A DNA stretch of 32,000 nucleotides from Haloquadratum walsbyi C23 (GTDB lineage Archaea; Halobacteriota; Halobacteria; Halobacteriales; Haloferacaceae). Below the pieces are notes generated by a model. The model had not been told where the DNA came from. It saw only the letters and a list, made by a program, of their open reading frames with translations, and did no database searches. Of this stretch, positions 1 through 8,785 are shown piece by piece; within the stretch, counting starts at the first letter, position 1; each line of letters opens with the position of its first letter. Where the stretch lies: positions 960,001 through 992,000 of the forward strand of contig NC_017459.1 of assembly GCF_000237865.1 (NCBI RefSeq), in the 5' to 3' direction. The position numbers and the translations under genes were made by a program.

Positions 1-2
1 AG

Positions 3-284
3 GAAGAGGTTCGAAGGGAATATGAAGAATATGCTCAAGAGGTACTCAGTGAAGCCTGTGAATTAGCAGCAACCCATGACGTCGATTGTCGGGAGGTCAC
101 GCGAACTGGGTCCCCAAGTGAGGAAATCACTGATTATGCTGAGACAGCCGATATTGATGTCATTGCGATCGGTTCAGCATATCGTGGGAAAGTCGGAGCA
201 CTTATTGGCGGAACCGCAGAGAAAGTCGTTCGATCATCAACAACGCCCGTGATTACTCATCGAATGGATGCAGACAGTATCTGA
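3..284 (+). CDS. universal stress protein (UspA family), C-terminal part; the 5' end lies outside the window
   Basis: Frame 3 is open from the window edge to TGA at 282-284. The translation ...DVIAIGSAYRGKVGALIGGTAEKVVRSSTTPVITHRMDADSI carries the UspA C-terminal G-x2-G-x9-G(S/T) ... EKVVR motif. It is absent from the ORF track because there is no Met in the window. Confidence 0.8.
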   Translation, partial: EEVRREYEEYAQEVLSEACELAATHDVDCREVTRTGSPSEEITDYAETADIDVIAIGSAYRGKVGALIGGTAEKVVRSSTTPVITHRMDADSI

Positions 285-417
285 AATCACGTATTAGTGA
301 TATACGGGTATTTCTATCGACTATGACTATCTCAAAATATACAATCATATCCATATGTATAATCAATTACAACCAGTATATACCAACTTTATATGATAAT
401 CAAGATATATGAATTAA

Positions 418-588
418 TTAGTCACTGGATTGATCAATCAACTGAGTTTCTCTGAGGTATATAATAATACTCGCGCTAAGAAATACAACACCAGCTACAG
501 CAAACTCGCCACCTGATAGAGCAATTAGCGCAATAATAAACAAAATAACGACAACTCCTGCAGCAAGCGTCGCAAGCATCTCTACCAT
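418..588 (-). CDS. possible small membrane protein (56 aa, two hydrophobic segments)
   Basis: Hand translation of the minus strand gives MVEMLATLAAGVVVILFIIALIALSGGEFAVAGVVFLSASIIIYLRETQLIDQSSD, from ATG (586-588) to TAA (418-420). It is below the ORF-track size cutoff. The hydrophobic helices are the only support. Confidence 0.3.
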   Translation of the reverse strand: MVEMLATLAAGVVVILFIIALIALSGGEFAVAGVVFLSASIIIYLRETQLIDQSSD

Positions 589-1055
589 GTCGGTGCAATG
601 ACCGGTGAAATAACAAAAGAGTACTGCTGCGTCAAGATGGATATCTCAGCATATCAATCGACGCCGCATCATGCCAATTCATGATACTTATCGAAGAAGA
701 TGAGGAATATATCACCCATTGATACGTTCTAATACCTATCACTGCTCGCGCATGCTTTTTTAATAGTATATCACGGCTATGACGACCGAAAATGCCGAAA
801 TCATCCGATTCAGACGCTAAAAAGCCCAAGATTTAATAGAGATAAACAGTTGCTTAATATTGAGCTTGTATAACATATGGCTCGGCGTGATGTACGATCT
901 GATATATGCGCATAAAACACTCTCATCAAGAATCAGGAGAGTCGCTGAAAGTAAGAATATCAGATAATCTACGCGATCACGCCTATAAATGTTCCAATAC
1001 ACGCAAACGATGATACTGAATCAACAATATCGACGACTAATCCTGGAGGTATCGT

Positions 1056-2828
1056 ATGGCAAGTAGTGATGACGAGATGTCCGATGGGTTGCAGGTTGAA
1101 CTCTTTCATCCGGACTCTGACCGCGAGCCGGGTGACACCAATATCCAACGACTTGGGTTTGATATTCATCCAGTTGTCTTCCCCATTTCACTTGTTGTGA
1201 TCGTTGCATTTGTTGCAGCAACAATCGCCCTTGGTGAACAAGCAGCAAGCGTTTATAGCGATATTTTCAGTTTCGTTAACGGTAATTTCGGTTGGTTCTA
1301 CATTACCTCAGTGAATCTGTTTATTCTAACAGTAATATATTTCGCTGCAAGTAAATACGGAAACATTCGGATCGGTGGTGTTGAGGCTGAAAAAGAATTT
1401 AGTGACTTCTCTTGGATGGCGATGTTATTCAGTGCCGGAATGGGTATTGGATTGATGTTTTTCAGTGTCGCTGAACCGATGTGGCACTTTGGTAGTTCCG
1501 CATCGGATTTCATGGTTGTTCCACCAGCGTTTGATGCTGCTGGCGGAACAGCTGCAGCCGCAACTGCCTCAATGGCGACAACGTTCTTCCACTGGGGACT
1601 TCACCCATGGGCTATTTATGCACTTGTCGGGCTTGGGCTTGCGTTCTTCTCATTTAATCGCGGACTACCACTCACTTTCAGATCGATTTTCTGGCCGCTT
1701 CTTGGTGAGCGTATATATGGATGGCCTGGTCACGTAATTGATCTTGTAACGGTTTTCGCAACACTATTTGGCTTGTCAACGTCTCTTGGATTGGGTGTCT
1801 CACAAGTCAATACTGGACTTTCATATGTTCTTGGTGATACACTTGGGCTAGTTAATATTCCGACCGGGACAATCCCACAAGTACTACTCATTGCTGGTAT
1901 TACCCTGATTGCGACTGCCTCTGTCGCTGCAGGACTTGATGATGGTGTTCGGCGCCTGAGCACAGTGAATCTATACTTGATGTTTGGACTCCTTGGATTC
2001 CTTATTATCGTCGGACCGACAGTGTATATTTTTGGTTCATTCGCTGATGGACTTGGTGCATATCTTGGAAGTATCTTTAGCCTGAGCTATTTCACCGGCA
2101 CAATTGGCGGTGCAGCCGCATTAGGCGGATACACAGTGAAAGGCTGGATGGGTAGTTGGACTATTTTTTATTGGGGCTGGTGGATTGCATGGTCACCATT
2201 CGTTGGTATGTTTATTGCTCGGATTTCGAAAGGGCGAACCGTCCGTGAGTTCGTGATGGGTGTGCTCGTCCTTCCATCATTATTCTCATTCATGTGGCTT
2301 TCAACGTTCGGCGGGTCTGCTCTTTGGGTTGAGCTTCAGGGTGCTGGCGGTGTTGCCTCCGCAGTCGCGAATCAGGGACAAACAATCGCGATGTTTGCAA
2401 TGCTCAATCAGTTCCCACTCGGTGCGCTTTCAGGACTACTCGCAACGGTGCTTGTGATCACATTCTTTGTCACCTCTTCAGACTCTGGATCGCTTGTGAT
2501 TGATCATCTAACCTCTGGTGGCAAACATGACGTTCCAAAAACACAACGAATCTTCTGGGCGGTCACCGAGGGAACCGTTGCAGCGACATTGCTCATCGGT
2601 GGTGGTCTTAGCGCATTGCAGACGGCATCAATCACAACTGGACTTCCGTTTGCGGTAATTCTAGTGCTGATGTGCTATACGGTGTATCTTGGACTTGATA
2701 ATGAATATGAGATACTCGCTTCAGAGCAGTTTGCTGAGCGCGCACAAGAGTCAGATGACGTTGACGTTGTTTCTGGCGTTGACCCACAAGATGTTAGTGG
2801 AGGTGCAGACGTCGAAAGTAGCGACTGA
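1056..2828 (+). CDS. BCCT-family (betaine/carnitine/choline) secondary transporter
   Basis: The 590-aa polytopic protein has BCCT hallmark segments WMAMLFSAGMGIGLMFFSVAEPMWHF and WTIFYWGWWIAWSPFVGMFIARISKGRTVREF, plus an acidic C-terminal tail. Confidence 0.9.
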   Translation: MASSDDEMSDGLQVELFHPDSDREPGDTNIQRLGFDIHPVVFPISLVVIVAFVAATIALGEQAASVYSDIFSFVNGNFGWFYITSVNLFILTVIYFAASKYGNIRIGGVEAEKEFSDFSWMAMLFSAGMGIGLMFFSVAEPMWHFGSSASDFMVVPPAFDAAGGTAAAATASMATTFFHWGLHPWAIYALVGLGLAFFSFNRGLPLTFRSIFWPLLGERIYGWPGHVIDLVTVFATLFGLSTSLGLGVSQVNTGLSYVLGDTLGLVNIPTGTIPQVLLIAGITLIATASVAAGLDDGVRRLSTVNLYLMFGLLGFLIIVGPTVYIFGSFADGLGAYLGSIFSLSYFTGTIGGAAALGGYTVKGWMGSWTIFYWGWWIAWSPFVGMFIARISKGRTVREFVMGVLVLPSLFSFMWLSTFGGSALWVELQGAGGVASAVANQGQTIAMFAMLNQFPLGALSGLLATVLVITFFVTSSDSGSLVIDHLTSGGKHDVPKTQRIFWAVTEGTVAATLLIGGGLSALQTASITTGLPFAVILVLMCYTVYLGLDNEYEILASEQFAERAQESDDVDVVSGVDPQDVSGGADVESSD

Positions 2829-3289
2829 ACCAACCTCTACTCTGAACTAATTTTTCAAATATATTCTCACAATACTGCATTTATTTTATTTAATTCGCGA
2901 TTAGCAAAATGAAAAATGTGTATGAACGTTTCATACTGATTAGTGCAAGTCTTTACCGCCGTGATTATCCGTGTCGGTGATTGGAGCCGCTGAATCCGCG
3001 TCATTCGACACCGTCGGTGAAACTATTCGAACTAATCACTATCACGCATAAGATTAAAATCCTGAGTTTGCTACCGTCTTGCTACGCAGTATTATAAGGA
3101 AAGATGACCACACGATATAGTCTCGAAAATTTAACTATTCTATTATCCCTCGTTCATCAAAAATTCTTCATTCGGCGAAGATACGGTTGCTCAGTGATTT
3201 CGGATCTCTCCATGTAAACAAATATTAACCAAACTAATATCAAAATTACTAAATTTTCACACTTATACATGATTAAGGAGAATACCTGC

Positions 3290-3299
3290 GGGTTAAGCC
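3290..3299. repeat. target-site duplication (left copy) of the Tn5-like IS
   Basis: GGGTTAAGCC lies immediately left of the left IR. The identical 10-mer is at 4962-4971, immediately right of the right IR. Confidence 0.85.
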
Positions 3300-4961
3300 C
3301 TGTCTCTTACCCATAAGTCCTAATGGAAGAGTAGACGAACCAAGATTGGTAGATGGGGCGTCGCTCACGGAGTTGGAAGCCAGAACTCGATGAAGATGGG
3401 CAGCTGTGTGACATGGATGTTTCAGGATGGATTCAAACGGAGTTTCGATCAGCCGAGTTTGGAGACAAGCGCCTGAGTGACCGACTAGTACAACTTGGGG
3501 ATGAACTCGGCAGCTCGCCTGCCGAGTCCATCCCTGCTGCCTGCGGAGACTGGGCGTCCACAAAAGCTACATACCGATTTTGCGATAATGAGAGTGTGGA
3601 TCCCAACGAGATTCTCTCTGCTCACAAGCAGCAACAGCAATCAAGAGTGAGTCGGTCAGACGAACTCCTGATTGTCTCCGATACCACCGAACTCGTGTTT
3701 CCGAGACATCCCTCCAAGGAGGGTCTCGGTGATATTGGCAACTCTGAGATGGATCTCGAAGGTATCAAGCTTCACTCCACGATCGGAATCGATCCACGGA
3801 CCCATCGAATGACTGGGGTCATCGATCAGCAGCCGCTGATCGAGGACCAGCAGGCCGATGAGAAGTACGATGCCAACGGCAAAGCAGAGCCGATTCAACT
3901 TGACAGTGAACATGAGAAATGGAGCCGTGGCGACAGGCAAGCCAGAGACTGGCTTGCCGACGATATCCGCCCGCTATTTATCCATGACCGAGGCGCAGAT
4001 TCATTCGCGTTCTACGAGGAAGTCACCAGAGAGATGGAAAATGCTGGCTTCATCATCCGAGCGAGTCAAAACCGACGGATTTGGACTGATGATGGTGAAT
4101 CTGGAAAACTCTTTGACTGGAGCAGCGACCTTGCCGAGCAAGGTCGCAAAACAATCGAGATTCAACAGGGAGGTGGGCGCGAAGCGAGAACAGCGGAGTT
4201 GTCGATAGCCACTGGAACGTGTGAGTTGCGCGCGCCAAAGAATAATCCTGAACAAGAGGGTTCAATCGAGGTGAATGTCGTGAGAGTCGACGAGGTCGGT
4301 GAAAATGACGACCCGATTCAGTGGGTGTTGCTCACCACTGAATCGGTCGAAGAGTTTGAGGAAACGCTGACACTCATCGACTATTACGGCCTCCGCTGGC
4401 GAATTGAAGACTGGCATAAAGTGCTCAAGAGTGGCTGTAATATCGAAGAACGGCAACTGCAGACTTGGGAGCGGATGGAAGTGTTGTTGAGCATGTATTC
4501 AGTGATCGCGTGGAAAGTTCTGGAGCTACGAGAACTTGCTCGTGGTGATAGTTCAGTATCTCCGGCGGTCCTGCTGAGTGAGGCAGAGCGCACAATTCTG
4601 GAAACGAAATTTCCAGAATTGAGCGGTCAAGATGGGAAATCATACGCAGTGAGCGTGGCTAAACTCGGCGGTTATCTTGATCGTGGCTCAGATCCGCCAC
4701 CAGGGTGGGAGACGATGTGGAAAGGACTCCAGAAGCTACGCATGTGGGCTGAAGGATACGAACTCGGTGCTGAATGAGCCGCGAAGCGGGCTCATTTAGC
4801 AGAACCCGCCGAAATAACGAGTTCAACTGAGCTTTTCAAGCGGCTTCATGGATACTTCTCTAATCTTGGGCAGATACTGATGGAAATTTGATTGATTTCT
4901 TCTTTTCATGCCTGATTTGGTTGAAATTACCCTCTAGTATTGAGTTATGGGTAAGAGACAG
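3300..4961 (+). mobile_element. IS4-family insertion sequence of the IS50/Tn5-like type (1662 bp), apparently intact
   Basis: Perfect 17-bp terminal inverted repeats are present: CTGTCTCTTACCCATAA (3300-3316) and TTATGGGTAAGAGACAG (4945-4961). A 10-bp direct repeat flanks the element, and it holds a single DDE transposase ORF. Confidence 0.9.
3353..4777 (+). CDS. IS4-family DDE transposase (Tn5 Tnp-like)
   Basis: Catalytic contexts are LIVSDTTEL, FIHDRGADSFAFY and YYGLRWRIEDWHKVLKSGC (the Y-x2-R-x3-E-x6-K signature of IS4/Tn5 transposases). The true start may be the internal Met at 3413 (MDVSGWIQTEF...). Confidence 0.9.
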   Translation: MGRRSRSWKPELDEDGQLCDMDVSGWIQTEFRSAEFGDKRLSDRLVQLGDELGSSPAESIPAACGDWASTKATYRFCDNESVDPNEILSAHKQQQQSRVSRSDELLIVSDTTELVFPRHPSKEGLGDIGNSEMDLEGIKLHSTIGIDPRTHRMTGVIDQQPLIEDQQADEKYDANGKAEPIQLDSEHEKWSRGDRQARDWLADDIRPLFIHDRGADSFAFYEEVTREMENAGFIIRASQNRRIWTDDGESGKLFDWSSDLAEQGRKTIEIQQGGGREARTAELSIATGTCELRAPKNNPEQEGSIEVNVVRVDEVGENDDPIQWVLLTTESVEEFEETLTLIDYYGLRWRIEDWHKVLKSGCNIEERQLQTWERMEVLLSMYSVIAWKVLELRELARGDSSVSPAVLLSEAERTILETKFPELSGQDGKSYAVSVAKLGGYLDRGSDPPPGWETMWKGLQKLRMWAEGYELGAE

Positions 4962-4971
4962 GGGTTAAGCC
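4962..4971. repeat. target-site duplication (right copy) of the Tn5-like IS
   Basis: GGGTTAAGCC is identical to 3290-3299. Confidence 0.85.
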
Positions 4972-5048
4972 GTAGGATGAATCCGACACCCCGAAGGAAA
5001 TCTGCGCTGCAATAGCCATGCTGAGATTTGTTACTCCAGAGCTTGAAG

Positions 5049-5516
5049 TGACAGGCAAGCCTATCTATAGATAGGAATCAGATCGGGAACAGGGCAGGGC
5101 GATTCCGGTCACTCCGACGATGGCGGCCTGTCCGCCCCAAGCACTCAGACAGGAATCGGAACCCAGTCAGGTGAACGGTCGGTTCCTATGCTGAACCGGT
5201 GCAGATGCAAATGCAGTGCCCGACTGCTTGAAAACACCGCAGAAAGTAACTCCGAGTCCACAGAAGTCTGCCGGACTCCCCAGGGCAAAAACAACGTTGG
5301 GAGTCCGAACACGATAGAACATAGGAGTACCGGGGGCTGAGATGTGGCACTCCCAGCAGTCCCAGCAGTCCCACTCGACTCGCCACAGTCCGTGAACCCC
5401 ACACTGACTCTCACTGTGCCGGGGTTCGGTGGAACTGCAAACCTGAAATCTCCACCATTCACGCTCACGCTTACGCTCACGATTCCTCCACACGTTTGCA
5501 CAGAGGAGGATATCAA
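5049..5516 (+). repeat. GC-rich structured non-coding repeat, copy A (candidate PATE-like IS200/IS605-derived element or ncRNA)
   Basis: It is colinear on the same strand with 22614-23060. There are long identical blocks, for example 31 nt at 5113-5143 = 22672-22702. Conserved hairpins carry compensatory changes. No reading frame is conserved. The element ends GGAGGATATCAA at 5505-5516. That it is a repeat is certain; its functional class is inference. Confidence 0.6.
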
Positions 5517-5522
5517 TATGAC

Positions 5523-6056
5523 TCACCGGTTCGGTCCGTGAATCCATACTCGAACGGACCCACCAATCCCAACCGCCGCAGGTATCCCCCACACGGCAGC
5601 AGCGATCAAAGCAGGGAGCACAACCCACCCAATAGCAGCGACACCGGTAATAAATCCAAGTGAAACCCACGGGTCAGTCAGTTCAAGTGTTTCACTCAGC
5701 CCAATTCCGAGCACAGCGAACCCTCCTCCAGTAAGCGTTCCAAGACTGATAACAAGTGCAACAATACCACCGATTCCAAGTATATTCGCAACCACTCCTA
5801 TGCCGGTATTAAGTTGAGCGAGCTGTGTGTACGTATATACGATAGCTAAGCTAACCAAACCGAATGCAATGAACCCATATATGATGGCAACGAACGGCTG
5901 TGTCATTGACCGATCAAGTGCGATCTTGAGCTGCGATCCATAATGATATTGCACAGCACTTCCACCTCCAACGCCCAGGAAAAATGCACAAACAGCACGA
6001 ACGACTCCTGGTCCTGCAAATAGTTGTTCAAGTAAGGATTCTATAACCACATTCAC
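5523..6056 (-). CDS. hypothetical Gly/Ala/Ile-rich integral membrane protein (about 5 TM), directly downstream of folCP
   Basis: The 177-aa ORF has several hydrophobic helices. It starts 14 nt after the folCP stop on the same strand. No family was recognised. Confidence 0.6.
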   Translation of the reverse strand: MNVVIESLLEQLFAGPGVVRAVCAFFLGVGGGSAVQYHYGSQLKIALDRSMTQPFVAIIYGFIAFGLVSLAIVYTYTQLAQLNTGIGVVANILGIGGIVALVISLGTLTGGGFAVLGIGLSETLELTDPWVSLGFITGVAAIGWVVLPALIAAAVWGIPAAVGIGGSVRVWIHGPNR

Positions 6057-6069
6057 TCCTTATTATTTA

Positions 6070-8631
6070 TCATCTGTCATCTGCCTCTGTTTCTGCGTCT
6101 ATCTCTGTTGTATCATCTTCAGCCCGATATGGATGTTTTGCGGCAGCTGCTGCCCGAACTGCAGCCGCATTCTCGCCAGCATCATGTACCCGCACGACAT
6201 CGGCTCCGCGGTCTGCTGCGAGTGTGGTCACTGCAATCGTTGCTGAGAGTCGTTCATCATCCGGCTGGTTCATCGTTGCAAGCATTGATTTCCGTGAATG
6301 TCCAACTAGCACGGGACATCCAAGCGCTTCAAACTCATCAATTCGGTCAACCAGCTCAAACGACTCCGCCGGTGATTTCCCAAACCCACATCCTGGGTCA
6401 ACAATAATCTGATCACGTTGAATGCCTGCTCGCTCGGCACGAAGTAACTGCTCAGTGAGTTCATTCATAACATCTGTGACGACATCATCATACGTTGCAC
6501 GCCGGTCAGGATCGACTGGTGCTGAAAGACTATGCATGAGCACCAATTCAGCATCATGCTCGGCAACAACGAATGGCATCTCAGGATCATCGAATCCAGA
6601 GACATCATTAACGATATCAGCGCCTGCGGACAGCGCAGCATCAGCAACTGCTGCTTTCCGCGTATCAATGGATATTGGCACCTCTAAATTCGATAACGCT
6701 TCGATTACTGGCACAATCCGATCAATTTCCTCAGAAATAGGTACGGGCTCTGCTCCAGGTCGAGTACTTTCACCCCCAACATCAAGAATATCGACACCGG
6801 CATCAATCATCGTATTAGCCTGATCCATGGCTGCATCGACTGAATTGTATTCACCACCATCATAGAAGCTATCTGGTGTAATATTCAAAATTCCCATCAC
6901 CGCAGTTCGTGTATCGTTAAGCCCAGAGACAGAGACAGGTGTTGTTTCAGTGAGCTGCCGCTGTAACTGTGATCCAACATGACGCAGTCCGTGCCCAGCG
7001 TCAACGAGCGAGTCGGATAATGTCATCAAATCCCTTGTTGTTCCACCAAAGACAATCGCCGTGAGCTTCTGTGGACTGCCAACTGTTGTTTGATGACAGA
7101 AACCACCACCAGCAGCAACATGATCGGCGAATATTTCGACTTGTGCTGGACGAAGCGTTGTTCGAAAGCACTGTGTGGTTACGTCGGCTTTATCCGTCTC
7201 AAACATTGCTTCTGCGTACCCTGGGTTTACTCGCTCGCTTACAGCATTATCACTCTCTTTCCCAACGCCAATATCGATACTCGATGAGCGATTGACAGGG
7301 ACAAGCAATCGTGTCCATCTATCACGAGCCTCTGCAACAGCATATAGTGATCCTGTTACTAGCACGAGATCATCCGATCTAGCTCCAGCCGTTTCGATTG
7401 CTTCCTCTGTTGCCTCGGGAACTGATTGGATAGTCTCGACCGTTTTTGCATTCATTTGAAGAATAGGCGCCAACGTCTCTGCTGTTTCAGCGCGCTCGAC
7501 AGCTGGTTCTGTTGCGTATGCAGTCGTAATTGAAGGCAGTGATTGTATCATCGCCTCATGATCTTTGTCTTGCATCGCTGCGAAGACGACGTGTAACTCA
7601 TCATACTCGTATCGTTCGAGTAATGATCCAAGTGTTGCCGTTGCTCCAGGATTATGCGAACCATCAAGCACAACGCGTGGGCTGTGTGACATCAATTCAA
7701 ATCGCCCTGGCCACGTTGCCCCACGCAATCCAGTTTCGATAGTATCAATCGAGACATCTTGCACCTGCCGGGCAAGCGTTGCAGCAACCCCTGCGTTGGT
7801 TGCTTGATGAGCTCCAACAAGTGGTAGATGTGTTTCGACCGCCCACTCAGACCCAACGATTGAAACAGCGCTCTCGATTGGTGAGGATATACCTGTCTCC
7901 GTCGCAATAATATCAGCCTCAGAGTCACTATCATTCCCGACTGTAATCACATCCGTTTCCTCACGGATAGCAGCAAGTGCATCGCCTGTTGTTCCAGTAA
8001 TCAGAGGGGCTTCGCTTGGGGCAACCTGCGCCTTATCACGTGCAATGACATCGACAGTCTCACCCAGTAGCTCTGTATGTTCAAGACTAACACTTGTCAC
8101 AGCACTTGCAATCGGGTCGACAGCACTTGTTGCATCATATCGACCACCGATACCAACTTCAAGAATGGCGATATCAACATCCATCGCCGCGAAATGTGCA
8201 AGCGAAACAGCAGTTAGTGCCTCAAAATGTGTCGGCTCATCATTATCAGCCCGAAGTGTTTCGAGACACGGGACAAGTCGCTCAACATATTTACTCACAT
8301 GCTTCTTTGCGATTGTTCGTCCTTCCACGCGGATTTGCTCGCGAAAATCGTTTAATCCGGGCGACGTGAATAATCCGACTCGAAGACCGGCATCATCAAG
8401 AATTTGTTCAAGCATACGCGCGGTGCTCCCTTTCCCATTCGATCCAGCAATCTGTACGCAGTCGATTGAGGCATGGGGATTGTCAAGGTGTGCAAGCATC
8501 CGCGCGGTCGTCTCAACCCCGAGTTTCGGCCGACGCTGTTGGAGTCCAGTAAGCACGTCGGCAGCCTCATGATAGTCCATACCACGTATCGTTGATTGAC
8601 CCATGATTACATTGTCGCCTTCGTACGTCAT
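6070..8631 (-). CDS. folCP: bifunctional folylpolyglutamate/dihydrofolate synthase (FolC, Mur-ligase fold) fused to dihydropteroate synthase (FolP)
   Basis: The N-terminal half has the FolC P-loop IAGSNGKGSTARML. The C-terminal half has the DHPS pterin-binding motifs MGILNITPDSFYDGG, DVGGESTRPGAEPV and DPGCGFGK. The start may be an internal Met (MDYHEAADVL). Confidence 0.9.
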   Translation of the reverse strand: MTYEGDNVIMGQSTIRGMDYHEAADVLTGLQQRRPKLGVETTARMLAHLDNPHASIDCVQIAGSNGKGSTARMLEQILDDAGLRVGLFTSPGLNDFREQIRVEGRTIAKKHVSKYVERLVPCLETLRADNDEPTHFEALTAVSLAHFAAMDVDIAILEVGIGGRYDATSAVDPIASAVTSVSLEHTELLGETVDVIARDKAQVAPSEAPLITGTTGDALAAIREETDVITVGNDSDSEADIIATETGISSPIESAVSIVGSEWAVETHLPLVGAHQATNAGVAATLARQVQDVSIDTIETGLRGATWPGRFELMSHSPRVVLDGSHNPGATATLGSLLERYEYDELHVVFAAMQDKDHEAMIQSLPSITTAYATEPAVERAETAETLAPILQMNAKTVETIQSVPEATEEAIETAGARSDDLVLVTGSLYAVAEARDRWTRLLVPVNRSSSIDIGVGKESDNAVSERVNPGYAEAMFETDKADVTTQCFRTTLRPAQVEIFADHVAAGGGFCHQTTVGSPQKLTAIVFGGTTRDLMTLSDSLVDAGHGLRHVGSQLQRQLTETTPVSVSGLNDTRTAVMGILNITPDSFYDGGEYNSVDAAMDQANTMIDAGVDILDVGGESTRPGAEPVPISEEIDRIVPVIEALSNLEVPISIDTRKAAVADAALSAGADIVNDVSGFDDPEMPFVVAEHDAELVLMHSLSAPVDPDRRATYDDVVTDVMNELTEQLLRAERAGIQRDQIIVDPGCGFGKSPAESFELVDRIDEFEALGCPVLVGHSRKSMLATMNQPDDERLSATIAVTTLAADRGADVVRVHDAGENAAAVRAAAAAKHPYRAEDDTTEIDAETEADDR

Positions 8632-8785
8632 CTTATGATTGATATTGTCGTTGTCTCCCCCTATCGACTCATCACATTGAAATTTTTACATTACGTGGTG
8701 AGTACAGTATCAATAAACCCGTTTTCTCCCGTTTCTGTCACCTTCGCCAACACTCTTAGGCAGCGGTCATTGAGTATTCGAATAG

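Noticed and set aside
632-1248. Small minus-strand ORFs in the AT-rich region upstream of and overlapping the BCCT gene start.
   Set aside because: They have no recognisable motifs and low-complexity, AT-driven codon content, and they partly overlap the BCCT coding region.
3286-3299. Similarity between the hairpin split by the IS (CCTGCGGgttaagCCGTAGG, 3286-3299 plus 4962-4976) and CCTGAGGGCTTGACCCTGCGG at about 22303-22323, as evidence that the repeat family extends further left.
   Set aside because: Identity is only about 60% by eye, the stem is imperfect in copy B, and spacing to the core differs by about 200 nt. This is too weak to call homology without more copies.
5049-5516. The repeat considered as a folate (THF/ZTP-type) riboswitch, because both copies are next to folate genes.
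   Set aside because: The copies lie at the 3' ends of the operons and on the opposite strand, not in 5' leaders. They are several times longer than known folate-related riboswitches. I see no match to their conserved cores.
5167-5670. ORF-track ORFs inside the repeat copies (5167-5670 minus, 5145-5516 minus, 5344-5541 plus, 22746-23171 plus, 22587-22841 minus), considered as protein-coding genes.
   Set aside because: The two repeat copies do not preserve any of these frames. Stops and frame changes differ between copies. The peptides are Cys/Arg/Pro/Trp-rich rather than acidic. Conservation follows base-paired stems rather than codons.
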